Positions 53,186-64,000 of a stretch of DNA of 64,000 bases are shown here, one piece after another. A program made the translations under genes and the position numbers. The DNA is from Caecitellus pseudoparvulus. Its lineage: Eukaryota > Protista > Bigyra: Bicosoecida. The DNA lies in NCBI GenBank assembly GCA_965644315.1, contig CBFFRQ010000212.1, positions 1 through 64,000 on the forward strand. The letters are read 5' to 3'. Within the stretch, counting starts at the first letter, position 1. Each line of letters opens with the position of its first letter. The notes below the pieces were generated by a model that saw nothing but the letters and a program-made list of their open reading frames with translations, was not told where the DNA came from and searched no databases.

Positions 53186-53944
53186 TATTTGTTGGTGCTA
53201 CACTTTTTAAAATAAAATCAATTGAATGGGCTTCTATTAAATTTTTTGGTGCTGGTTTTGGTTTTAAGACTGTTGTGTTTGGAATTAAAACTTTACTTGT
53301 TTCAGCTATTAAATCACCTTCCATAATGTACGATTTAATTATACTACTATCAAAAATATCTTTATAGCTATTACGAATGCCTAAAACTTTATTTTTAAAT
53401 TCCCTTATACTTTTACTTAGTTCTTGTGTTGGTGATGCACCAATATTATATACAATTGCAGGAATACCATATTCATTTGAAGCATACACAGCTTCAAAAC
53501 CTCCTAAAGAATGACCCGTAAAATATATGTTTTGAATACCTACTTCATTTAAAGTATTTAGCATTTTATTTAGTCTCTTTGTATTAATTAATAAATTTAA
53601 TGAAAAACTACCTCCTGCAATAATACTTAAATCATCAATAAAATCAATTACGTCTGTTTGTGTCCCTCTAAATACAATAAATGCTTTTGGTGTTTCTGAT
53701 ATATCAACAAATACAGCCATTTTATTATTACTTAATGTTTCATTATAAACTAAATTACTTGTAATAAATGGACGTGTTGAAGGGCTATCATATACTAATT
53801 TGCACGCTACAGCACATTGGTAAGCGTCCCATGGTATAGGTACTTGATAAATATCTTTTTTTGTAATTGTTGATGTTTGTAATGTTTGTGTATTTGCTGG
53901 ATTACCTAAAAAAAGTCATTAAAATAGTTTATAACTTTATCCAT
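53148..53944 (-). CDS. Class-3 lipase-like alpha/beta hydrolase (5' frameshift in a homopolymer run at about 53908-53914)
   Basis: IVFRGT, FTGHSLGG, GDLI, AHSI; adding one base joins the upstream ATG at 53944. Confidence 0.82.
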
Positions 53945-53969
53945 ATATTATTATACATAGATAAAAATT

Positions 53970-54212
53970 TTATTCAACAATTAATGTATCCTCTGTTTGA
54001 ATTTTATAAATCTTCTCTTTTACTTTTAATTCTTGTTTATTTTCTGTTTTCATTCTATTACTTAGCAATTGTAATTTTTCTTTCATTTCAGCTTGAAGTT
54101 CTTTTAGTTCTTTCTTTAGGTTTTGTATGTTCTCCTTTTGCTCTTCAATATCAAAAGCTAATAAAGATAAATCCATGGTTAAGTACTTTTTAGATAGGTT
54201 CTTTTTTTGCAT
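53970..54212 (-). CDS. Small coiled-coil protein
   Basis: 80-aa ORF next to the TIR. Confidence 0.5.
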   Translation of the reverse strand: MQKKNLSKKYLTMDLSLLAFDIEEQKENIQNLKKELKELQAEMKEKLQLLSNRMKTENKQELKVKEKIYKIQTEDTLIVE

Positions 54213-54230
54213 GATTATTATAGTCTCATA

Positions 54231-54648
54231 ATTTATTTTTTAATATTGCGTTTAAATTGTTCTTGAAGGGGACACACACCGCAATTAAGAGAGATATTTA
54301 CTTACTCATTCACTAAAAGTATAACACATGCGATTAAGAGAGACTTTTCCTATATCTTATATTTTCTTTCTCAAAGTCTATTTTAAGAAAATTATAATAA
54401 TATTTAAAAATCCATAAAAAAAAGAGAAATTAAGGAAATAGGAAATAATGTTTTAACTTATTACTTTTTTATATTTCCTATAATTTACTATTTCTTGTTT
54501 TTAAATATACCTTAAATAATATATATTTTATTGACTATTAAATTACTATAAAATGAACCATTAAATATAGTGGCTTTAGCCACGCATTACGTATGTATCT
54601 ACCGGGGGGTGGTGTTTTACACTAAACACCCACCCATCCCTTTTTTTT
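54231..54648 (-). repeat. Right TIR of element 2
   Basis: Reverse complement of 36952-37369. Confidence 0.95.
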
Positions 54649-54653
54649 CAAAG
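54649..54653 (+). repeat. Target-site duplication CAAAG (right) of element 2
   Basis: Matches 36947-36951. Confidence 0.88.
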
Positions 54654-57600
54654 CGCCGTCCTCTTGCATGGTTGCAACCACATTCAAAAGGCAGTCAGAA
54701 ACTGTGGATGATCCCAACGTAGGGTTCATGTCCCACAGCATTGGGAATGCATCTGCAGCGTACATCCCTATCAGAAACGCGCGCTGGGAGCGCTCAGTAC
54801 CGGCGATGTCTACAGCTGTAGATATGGCGCTTTCGGGCGTGGCAGGGGTGCTTCGCCTGCTTTGCCGTATGGGCCGTACGCTTGCCATGGCTGCAGCACC
54901 TTGAAGCAAACAATGCAGAGCAAAAATGATTGTCGCAACGTGTCTGCAAAGTGCTGCTCAACTCATGCTTGAGAAGTGTAGGTGTAAGAAGACTGCTTAG
55001 TGCATTTCGGTGTGAGTGGTGCTTGTGGCGCGCGTTTCGAAGTGAAACACCCCCCCGTGCCGGATAGTCTTAGGCCTCCTGGCACAAGGGGGGTTTACTG
55101 GGGCAAAGGATGGGGGGTTCCACGGTTAGGGGTTTGATATCACGCGCTTATTTTTGTCAAGAATGCATTTCTGCCACTGTTGCACATAAAATGACTACAG
55201 TTCGCGCCATCTTTCGTTTTCTGCAAGCTCTCTCAGCGCATCCTGCAGCAAAGCAAGTCATGAGACGCACTCGGAGAGGTGGAGCGGCCGCCACACCTCC
55301 CGCATCGGAGGCCTCCGAGGGCTCCCAGGTCGACAGCGCAGCGATGTTGGCGTCTCAACGCCATTTCCTCAAGCAAGTCTTCACCCAATAGAACTTCTCA
55401 ACGCTGTACAACCTCAAACCAACCCTGGGCAGCTGCTCGCCGTCCGGCGTGCTGCTGCCCGTTGTGGCGGGCATGCGAGAAGACAAAATGGCTCGCGCAT
55501 CTGGCGCTACCTGGACACCAGATGAGGACGCGGAAGTTCTGAGTAAGTTCCTGTCCTGGGCGCGCTCTGGAACAGGAGAGGGTGACAAGTGACGCGTGGA
55601 GGTGAGAGACATTGCGAGCACTTTCCACTCAAGTTCCGCTCTCGGGGGCGAGCCTTCACTGCCCTTCCCTTTGTTCAGAGATTCTTCAAGGCATCGGTGG
55701 ATGCGTACAAACAGCATCATTCCATGTCAGGTTTGGGTGAGGATCCACTCCCTGTTGGCATCACAGTCAGCCTCGCGCCCAATGAGGTGGTCCTGCGACA
55801 GCATGTGCAGGGTGAACCCCTTGTCGTAGCAGATGCACTATCCGAGGTCGACCAACGCGCTGTGCAGGAGCGGAGATTGTCTGTACATGGGGAAAAGGAG
55901 ACATTGCGAGGTTCTGGCGACACGAAGCCTGCATGGAGGATGGCGTGGAAGGTACAAGCGTGTCCGAGCCACGGACCCCGTGTGATGGTGCCTGCTGTGT
56001 ACTGAAACGGCTTGCGATTGCCCATTGCAAAACTGGCTCTGCAATGGACCTGCGATGGCTTTTGCGATAGGCACGTGTAGAAGACCACCAGCGCTGAATT
56101 TTTTTTCTAAATGCAACCTGTTTGTGGTAGTCGCTTGAATGAGTTTCCGTGTCATATTGTTTTACATACACAGGGCAGCGGTACATTTGCGTTTCAACAC
56201 TTTCCACGGGGCAGATACAATGGAAACGCCAAGAAATCAAGCTGAACCGCAAATTTGACAATCCAAACTCAAAAGGGGCGCTTTTCGCAGCTAAGCAAAC
56301 CTGAAATTCTTCTTCATAGTTCTCTATCAGCCGTGCGTGTGTTACAATGCAGACTCTTTGGTGAGGAATTTCCGCATCTTGCGCTCAGACTCATACCCTT
56401 GCTTGATGGGAATTGAGTGCTATAACTGCGCATAAACTCCCACCAATAGATGCATGATTCCCTTGCTTTCTACCTTCAGGTCTCATCTTAGACCGCTTCG
56501 GCCGCTACCGATGCTGAGCATTGATCGTCAACTTGCAGTGTGGCCGCCACCACCACGCCAAACACAAAGTGCGCAATTTTTGGTGGAAAAGCCTTTGTTC
56601 GGAGCGAGAGAGGCTATGTTCTGGACAGCTGCACACAGTAGCCTGTCCAGCTCGGCCGATTTGCTCATGGAGTTGGTAGACAGAGTGGCAAGTGCCTGCA
56701 GGCTTGCCGACGCTCTTCGTGGACTGACTGGCGCAGGGTTGGGAACGAGTGACAGTGCTCCTCGGCGCCATCAGCGCATGAACAACAAAGCGGCAATGGC
56801 TGCTGTGTCACGCCTGTTGAGGAGCGAGCGTCCATGCCGACGTTGGACTGGATTCACACCGGATGCCGCTTCTGCTCTTGTGTCAAGGGTGGGACTGTGA
56901 TCAACAAGGATAACATGTCCATGCCAGACACGTCATTCCCCACGGTATTGCATAGCCTGTCTGGCAAAAGGGCACAGACTGCTCCGCGGACCTGTCGGGA
57001 CAGCTCGGCCCGACTCGTGGGAGAGAATTGTACCGGCGATGCAGTTGCTTTGAGCCCCACTCGTGGAGGGTCAGTCTTAGCCCTGCCACGCTTTTCCCCC
57101 CTTCCGGTGGAACCGACACCACCAGTGCCAGCATCAAGGGTTTCAGTCCCACCACTGTGTCCATCAACCTCTGCCCACTCACCACCCAATGAGCCACCGC
57201 ATTCATCGATGGTAGCAATTTCTGGTGCATCTTTGGCGCGCTGGTTCGCTTCGTGGTTGACCTCTGAGTATGGAGTTGCGGAAATGGGCGCTCCTGACGA
57301 TAATTGCAGCGGACAGTAGGAGCAGCGCGTACCCTCCAGCGAAGCTTGCTGACTTGGCGAAATCGGAACCCGATATCCTACATGACTTGACAAAGTATGA
57401 AGCCAAAGAACGCCGACTTGCACAAATGGCAAACAGAGGATGGAAGACAGGAATTAGACGAAGGTATGCTGAAATCATTGCCGGTGATCACCAGTCGGCA
57501 AGAGTCGATGGTAGCGTGTGGGTGCAACCAGACACTCGAGCTTAGGTCAAGGCACCGTTGAGCGGAATTCCTGCTTTGGCTCCACAAAGGCCAAGAGGCC

Positions 57601-58919
57601 GAGCATACAATGAAAAGAACCAACATGTATCCCGTGCCGTGAGCGGGGGAGAAGAAGACGAAAGTGCGCACAAGCCGAGCCTGCGCACAGCCCCCCCCCC
57701 CCTCGCTCCGCTACAGAACCTACGTTTCCAGGTCCGCATGGGACCTGGAGAACTGAAGTTCCGCTCTTGAGTTCAAGGGTATCGTGCATCGGCCATGGGT
57801 CTCTCTCACTGGCACTTGACATCGTCTCTCAAGTTCCGCGAGGAACTCAGCCCTTCGAAAAAGGCTCTCAGTGCTCATGATGGCTTGTGCAGACTGCGGA
57901 ATTCCGGCAGAAAAGGTTCATGTCAATAACCGGCTTGTAGAACAAGCACAGTCCCTCCTTCTCAACAATTTAGGAGGCGTGATCACAATCACTGTCGACT
58001 AGACAACACCGACAACACACGAGTCGTACACAGTCTGCCAGCCAGATCTTTACATCAGATGATGAACGCAGTGGAACTGCATGGCTCTGCAGGTGAACGT
58101 CGCTCTCTTGGACGCCCCGAGCGCGCCATGGAGTGACAGGACATGGACTGTTCTCGATCTCCATGCACGGCCTGCCCTTGCAGCAGAGATAGAAGAAGGG
58201 GAAGGGCAGCTGGTCTTGCTGCCCGCAACGCCAGATGGCGGACCGTGCATTGGTGCAGGGCAGCTTTACGATCCATTTGGAAAGTCATCCCGTACTTCAA
58301 GACACTTCAGACAGTACAATGACTGTGTCTCTCGAGCGATCAGAAGGAAGTACTCCAAGATGGTATCCGCAGGAACTGAATGTGCTGAGTCCGATGGCAG
58401 TATGTGGATTGCGAACACTGTCAGGGGTTCGGTGCTAGCGGGCACCACTAGCCCAGTGGTCTTTCACTGCAAAGTACGAACTCCGGCGACTGAGCAGGTA
58501 CATCAGTATGCGTGCCACAGAGAAGCACCAGGACCGTTTGGCCCAGCAGCTGTCCAGTACCTACATACGTTGACTCCTATAGGATCTCCGGTACAGATAA
58601 GGACGACCACAAACCAGATTGAAGCTACCAGAGGAACTTCTGCCCGTCAAGCAGCTGCTCGTCATCGTCTATCGTCAGGAGGTAGGCAAGGAGCTTCTCT
58701 TCCCGCCGATCAAGTCGCAAGCGCCAAATGAAGCTGAGGCTCTGCAACATTTTCACGACGAATTCCAGGGAGTATCCTTTCATCATTGCCCCGTGTGCAG
58801 TGAGTGTAGACCATGCTGGAAAACTACCGTATCTGGAGGAGAAGAATGCCTAACATAAGGATGCCTGGTCACTCTCTTCCAAACATTTTGACAGAATGCC
58901 CAGAATGCATTTTCTTGCC

Positions 58920-59372
58920 TCACCAGGCCACCAGTTGGTCCAAGCGCGCGGCACGCTTCACCCTTGAGCGCGCTTCAGGTTGGGGGGCAGAGCCTGCAGC
59001 TTTTTCTGGGCGCCGTACGGCAGTGTGCCCAGGCTGCCGGCCAGAACCACACACGTACTCTCGCGAGCGCTTCTTTCCTCCGGCCACAGGGCCAGAGGTC
59101 GCAGCTGTTGGATGTGCTGCACCCGCAGCTGCTGCGCTGACTTCTACAGATTCATTCGAGGTCGTACCGTTCTGGAGCACGTCGTCCTTTGTAGAGGTTG
59201 TGCTCCATAACTTCCCAGCGGTCAGGAGCGCCTTTACCGCCGCAAGTGCCTCCTGTTTGCCCGCAGGATGCCATACGCTGTCAAGTCCTGTTTTTCGGAC
59301 TCCGTTGATGACGATAGAGCTGTCCATGTCCCCCAGTGCCACTACAACTGCCCGAGCCACCTGCAGTTGAAG
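58920..59372 (-). pseudogene. pogo-like transposase C-terminal remnant, interrupted by the YR element
   Basis: IVINGVRKTGL.SVW...LW...YVCG..R.PGH, similar to 34858-35277. Confidence 0.5.
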
Positions 59373-60277
59373 CTGTGGGATAGACCGCACGCTCATTCCA
59401 GCCTTCCGCTGCTAGATCCGCTACTAACGGATTTTGCGTTCAACTCCGACTTTCAGCGCCTTGATGATACTTACATGTGCAACCTGAAGGAGGCTCGTAC
59501 ATCGGGCTGGGACAAATGTGAGCCGAATTCACGAGTACTTGTCACGCAGCCAGAGCGCCATCTCAGCACTTGCGCCCGATACACCTACAACACCACTTGT
59601 GTCTGCCGGTACCCCGTGGGCGTTTACCACGGAAGAGGAGCTCGCGGTAACAGTGCTGGCTCTGTCCTCAGGAGGCAGTCAACTGGAGCTGGTTCGCCTG
59701 GTGGGGCGCAGCGTACGCACTTTGTGGCGTGTTTTGCGTCGTGTTGTCACATGCTTGTGCGTTTTGGGCGCCCCCAAGTACGCTATGTGGCCAACATCCC
59801 TCGATGAATGGTAGGAGGTGGCTGAAGAGTTCTTCGCAGCTTGCAAGGGTAGGGTGGTGGGCCCGCTGCGGACAAGTAAGGTTATTGAGTGGGCCCGACA
59901 CCAAGTGACGACGGGAGCTTGCTCGTCGTGGTCGCCCGGCGACAAGCTCAAGGCCCTGCTGGCCGCCGTGAACTTTTGGTGCATCCCCGACGAGAGCCTG
60001 AGCAGGGTGGGCATGACGCTCGCGAAGGCGCTGGCCAGGATGAAACCGAGCCCGCCGGTGCAGCACCGTGAACACGTGACCATGAGCAAACTTCATAAGA
60101 CGGTGGACGCTCTGGGCGGACGCACCAGGCTACAAGCCTGCCTGCTGATCGGATTCTGGGGCCATGATGCGCGCTGGTGAGCTGCTACACCTGGAATGGG
60201 CCGACATCACCTTTACAAGACGCGACGGCGTATGGGTGGTGACGGGCAGGCATGGGGACAAGACACATCACCACCGG
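59373..60277 (+). pseudogene. Copy 2 of the tyrosine-recombinase element, truncated by element 3
   Basis: Near-identical to 29616-30519 with an extra stop (59812) and a +1 G frameshift (about 60160). Confidence 0.85.
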
Positions 60278-60357
60278 TGTCACCCGCCATTCAAACCAGT
60301 CATCGTTGCCCCTATATATATAGGGGCAACGATGACTGGTTTGAATGGCGGGTGACA
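60278..60357. repeat. Perfect 80-bp terminal palindrome
   Basis: TGTCACCCGCC...CCCCTATATATATAGGGG...GGCGGGTGACA. Confidence 0.95.
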
Positions 60358-60369
60358 GACATGGCCTCT

Positions 60370-60665
60370 TGGACACCTTCACCGTCTCACTCATCTCAAT
60401 CACTCACCTCATTTGTGACCATTCGTGGTCTCATCTCATCTCACTCATCAATTTGACACCTTCACCGTCACACTCATCTCAATCACTTACCTCATTTGAG
60501 ACCATTTGTGGTTTGGTTGCTTCAAATTTATTTTTTATGGTCTTGTGATTGAAATGAAATCATCCGCCAAAGACCATTTGTGGTTTGTTTGTGTGAATTT
60601 TATTTTTTATGGTCTTGTGATTGAAATGAAAACAAACGCCAAAGACCATTTGTGGTTTGTTGTTT
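60370..60665 (+). repeat. Subterminal tandem repeats (about 83-bp x2 and about 72-bp x2.3)
   Basis: gacaccttcaccgt...gaccatt twice; accatttgtggtttg...cgccaaag repeated. Confidence 0.8.
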
Positions 60666-60957
60666 TAAAAAACTCATTTTTGACCATTTTTGACGCCAAA
60701 CACAAGGGGGTACCCTTGCTAATTATCTCACAACATCCGCCAAATGTGCCTCCCAAGGTCGGCACCGCGCAGTGAGCCCGCAGAGGGCGAACGAGCACAC
60801 ACCTTATTCAACCCCTCATCAACCCCCTCACATACACCCTCATTCATACTTTCATCTTACTCTTTTACAAAACAAAAATAAGTAAGTAGAGAGAAACAAT
60901 TAATTAAATGGTTTTGTATGTTTCATTTTTTTTACAATTCATTATTTATTTATTTAT

Positions 60958-61295
60958 TTAAGTATTTCAAAGTTAATGGCCCCCCTATCAGCATTCATAC
61001 CCATATATGAACATACATCTTTTAAGGGGGCCACAGATAAGTTTTCTCATTTTCCATTTTAAGTATTTCAATAATCCATTAATTAAGTATTCCAAAATGC
61101 ATGATTTAAGTATTCAAGAATTAATGGCCCCCCTAAAAGCATTCATACCCATATATGAAGACACTACTGATAAGGGGGCCAGAGATAAGTATTCCAAAAT
61201 GCATTAATTAAGTATTCCATAATTCATGACTACCCCCCCAAAGGCATTCATACCCATATATGAACATACATCCTTTAAGGGGGTACCAGATAAGA
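60958..61295 (+). repeat. Three imperfect repeats, each with a CCCCC...GGGGG stem
   Basis: ccccc...gcattcatacccatatatgaa...aaggggg...agataag x3. Confidence 0.8.
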
Positions 61296-61843
61296 AATGA
61301 CCTTTACCAACTATCTAAGAACCATTAATTTTAATGAAATCTATTTTACAACCCCCTATGTAAGAAGATAATTCCTGAATAGTTCCCAATAAGTAATAAT
61401 CTATAATAGACTTTTGCTTATTGGGAACTAAGTATTTTAACAATGTGTGTGATGTGTGAAATATACTCCACTTTACCACCTAAAAATAGAACCGCAGGGG
61501 ATTTATCCCCTATAACCCCTTTTGCTTACGCTTTTTTTAAAAGCGTCTTGCGGTTCCCTGTTTTGCCATAGATTTTCTAAAAATCTACTACACTCAAACT
61601 CTTATACCGCCCACGCTCTCTCTTTTGGTTTTCATAATCGCTATATATATGAGTGAGTATTGTGACGGGGACACCCCGTAAGCCCCGAGACAACCATTTA
61701 CTTTCTTGTAAATAAATAAAATATCATATTATATCAAATGGATGAATACATACAATCATCTAACATTTTAGTTTATTTAGAAATCAAATACTTATATGAA
61801 AAAATTAAAAATATTCAAAAACTTAAATAAAATAATATTTAGG

Positions 61844-61851
61844 AAAATTGA
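61844..61851 (+). promoter_or_regulatory. AAAATTGA mimivirid early-promoter octamer
   Basis: Exact octamer 42 bp upstream of the integrase ATG. Confidence 0.5.
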
Positions 61852-61893
61852 TTTAAAAATATCCGCCAAAATAATATATACATATATTATAGA

Positions 61894-63690
61894 ATGAAAA
61901 CTCGCGAAGAGAAATTAGAAGAATTAAAAAGTATTCATAAAGATGAAATCGAAGATTTAGAAAAAAATAAAATGAGGTATTTTTTAAACACAAAAGATAT
62001 GTCCTTATATGTCTATCCTGAAAAAACGACGAAAAGCGATAAGAATAGTAAAAATTTAAAGGAGCAAATTGATAAATGGGAAAAGGATAATTATGAACTT
62101 TACAAAGGCAAATTAGATAAATTACCATCAAAAATATTTTTACGATTTATTGGTAAAGATGGTAAAATTAGAATGGGTTTCGTTTTAGCGAATAAGACAG
62201 GTGAAAAGTATTTTATGCTTCAAGGTGTTGGAGGTGCTCGTTTTGGAGTTGAGTATGATGTTATTAAAGACACATACTATAAGAAAGAGCATTATGATAA
62301 GCAACGCAAGAAGCAAGAAGAAGCAGAAAAGAAAAAACAAGAGAAACAAGAGAAACAAGAGAAGCAAGAGAAGCAAAAAGCGATAAAAAACGACAAGGAA
62401 AAATCACCAGAAGAATCACCTGAAAAATTGAAGAAACCAACAGCAGAGGAGGTTGATACAATACTAACCAAAATCTACTACGATGAAGGTAATTACAACG
62501 GTCGTGACAAATTATACAGCATAGCAAAGACAAGACGTCCAAAAATTACCAGAGCACAGGTAGAGAAATGGTTAAGCGAGCAGAAACTATATCAATTAAC
62601 CAAACCAAACAAATCAAGTAAGACATTTACTCCAATTATTAGCAAAGCACCTTTTAATGTCGTCCAAATTGATATTTACAAATATGGTAAAATTATCACA
62701 TTAAATATGGTTGATTTATTTAGCAAATATGTTGATACTTATGTTATGAAGAATGAAACAGCACAAGAAACAATTAACGCTGTAAAAGCAATTCTTAAAA
62801 AAGCACCGTTGAAACCAAAACTGATACAAAGCGATAATGGACCAAATTTTACAAGCAAGGAATTTAAAGAATACCTCACAAAAGAAGGAATAAAACAAAT
62901 ATTTAGCACACCATATACCCCGCAATCACAAGGAGCGGTTGAGCGGCTCCAGAAGACGCTAAAAGCATATCTGGAAAAACTCACATTACAAAACAAGAAA
63001 ATTACAAATAAAAGTATTGATGTGTTTGATAAAAATTATAACAATACAAAACATACTATTACTGGTATGACACCGATGGAGGCTTTGAAAGATGAGAACC
63101 GTGAGAAAGTTTTAAAAGCAATTGAAAAAGCAAAAGCATACAACCTCACAGAGGATAGAAAAGATGATTTAAAGAAAGGTGACAATGTAAGGTTAAGCAC
63201 ACGCACAGGGGCAAAGAATCAAAACATAGGGGCAGGGTCATTAAACTGGACTAACGAAGTATTTACAATTCATTCTATAAGCAGACCTCGTGATGTATTA
63301 AAACCAATTAGATACAAAGTAAAAGACACAGCAGGCGAAGTTTTAAAAGGCATCTTTTACAGGAATGAATTACAACACATAGAAGATGTTAAAAATGCTG
63401 ATAAGGTTGAACCAAAATACGAGGTTGAAAAATTTGTAAAACGCCGTATAATTAGAAGGAAGCGTGATAAAAAAGTAATTAAAACAGAATGGTTAGTACG
63501 ATGGAGGGATTATACATCAAGCGAAAATACTTGGGAAGACCAACAAAAATTAATTGAAGAATTAGGAAAAGATGTGTTTGAAAAACTGAAACAGAATTAT
63601 TTAGACGCTTTTAAAAAAAGCGTTGGCAAAAGGGGGTTAATGGGGGATATCCCCCATATTGAAGATAAAAACAACTTAAAGACAAAATAA
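61894..63690 (+). CDS. rve integrase with long N-terminal extension and chromodomain
   Basis: IYYD...GRDKLY, VQIDI, MVDLFSKY, IQSDNGPNF, PQSQGAVER, YEVEK...WLVRWRDY...NTWE. Confidence 0.92.
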   Translation: MKTREEKLEELKSIHKDEIEDLEKNKMRYFLNTKDMSLYVYPEKTTKSDKNSKNLKEQIDKWEKDNYELYKGKLDKLPSKIFLRFIGKDGKIRMGFVLANKTGEKYFMLQGVGGARFGVEYDVIKDTYYKKEHYDKQRKKQEEAEKKKQEKQEKQEKQEKQKAIKNDKEKSPEESPEKLKKPTAEEVDTILTKIYYDEGNYNGRDKLYSIAKTRRPKITRAQVEKWLSEQKLYQLTKPNKSSKTFTPIISKAPFNVVQIDIYKYGKIITLNMVDLFSKYVDTYVMKNETAQETINAVKAILKKAPLKPKLIQSDNGPNFTSKEFKEYLTKEGIKQIFSTPYTPQSQGAVERLQKTLKAYLEKLTLQNKKITNKSIDVFDKNYNNTKHTITGMTPMEALKDENREKVLKAIEKAKAYNLTEDRKDDLKKGDNVRLSTRTGAKNQNIGAGSLNWTNEVFTIHSISRPRDVLKPIRYKVKDTAGEVLKGIFYRNELQHIEDVKNADKVEPKYEVEKFVKRRIIRRKRDKKVIKTEWLVRWRDYTSSENTWEDQQKLIEELGKDVFEKLKQNYLDAFKKSVGKRGLMGDIPHIEDKNNLKTK

Positions 63691-63716
63691 TATATACATA
63701 TAACATATAAGCAATA

Positions 63717-63971
63717 ATGGAAACAACACAGAAAAAGACCGCTGATAAAAAAGCATATATGCGTGAGTATATGCGAAACAGATATAATAAAAATAGTAAG
63801 AAGGCGTGTGATGAACGCAAAGCATACTACTATAAGAAAAAATACAATTTAGAACCCGAACAGGTTAAACTGTATGGAGAGCATCTACATTTACTTATTA
63901 AAGCAAAAAAATTGATTGAGGAAATTAAATCCGTATGTCCTCAACATCTCGCATATCTCAACAACGATTAA
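63717..63971 (+). CDS. Small basic hypothetical protein
   Basis: DKKAYMREYMRNRY motif, common in virophage/PLV small ORFs. Confidence 0.65.
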   Translation: METTQKKTADKKAYMREYMRNRYNKNSKKACDERKAYYYKKKYNLEPEQVKLYGEHLHLLIKAKKLIEEIKSVCPQHLAYLNND

Positions 63972-64000
63972 TTAACGGGGACACCCCGTAACCCCCGACC

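Larger units (their letters stand above)
36952..54648. mobile_element. Element 2: complete endogenous Polinton-like virus
   Basis: AT-rich, 418-bp TIRs, 5-bp TSD; MCP/penton/ATPase block without recognisable protease; pPolB, helicase, rve integrase. Confidence 0.92.
60278..64000. mobile_element. Element 3 (partial): AT-rich rve-integrase element, probably a third virophage/PLV-like insertion
   Basis: Homology to YR copy 1 breaks exactly at 60277/60278; TG start, terminal palindrome, repeats, integrase. Confidence 0.8.

Noticed and set aside
5568-54648. Bacterial prophage or contamination as the source of the AT-rich blocks
   Set aside because: TIRs, exact TSDs, chromodomain integrases and virophage/PLV morphogenesis genes indicate genuine eukaryotic-virus insertions
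36951-54649. Extending element 2 by one base at each end (G...C)
   Set aside because: Destroys the CAAAG TSD and the in-frame empty site
54910-58900. Many 60-216-aa overlapping ORFs
   Set aside because: Expected by chance at this GC content; no family recognised
60370-61295. CRISPR-like repeat-spacer array
   Set aside because: Units are degenerate tandem copies without unique spacers; no cas genes; eukaryotic context

Overview
Eukaryotic (protist-like) genomic DNA. A GC-rich background littered with decayed transposons (PIF/Harbinger, pogo-like, tyrosine-recombinase and DIRS/Ngaro-type remnants) carries three AT-rich integrated DNA-virus-like elements. Element 1 (5568-27716, 22.1 kb; 577-bp TIRs; AAGGA TSD) is a complete endogenous virophage. 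It has MCP, penton, maturation protease and packaging ATPase, plus pPolB, SF3 helicase and rve integrase-chromodomain. Its capsid resembles Sputnik/YSLV rather than mavirus. Element 2 (36952-54648, 17.7 kb; 418-bp TIRs; CAAAG TSD) is a complete Polinton-like virus with a short MCP, no recognisable protease, a short pPolB, helicase, rve integrase and lipase. Element 3 (60278 to window end, partial) begins with a perfect 80-bp palindrome and encodes a third rve-chromodomain integrase. Highlights: elements 1 and 2 have unrelated capsids but share a homologous fiber/Tlr6F/P-loop cassette. Element 1 is almost free of GATC and encodes a Dam-like MTase plus a PD-(D/E)XK nuclease. It also encodes a papain-fold peptidase-nucleotidyltransferase fusion and proteins with adenovirus-pVI-like cleavage motifs. 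The terminal-protein/vOTU/polymerase architecture appears fused in element 1 and split in element 2. All family calls come from motif recognition by eye; no searches were run.
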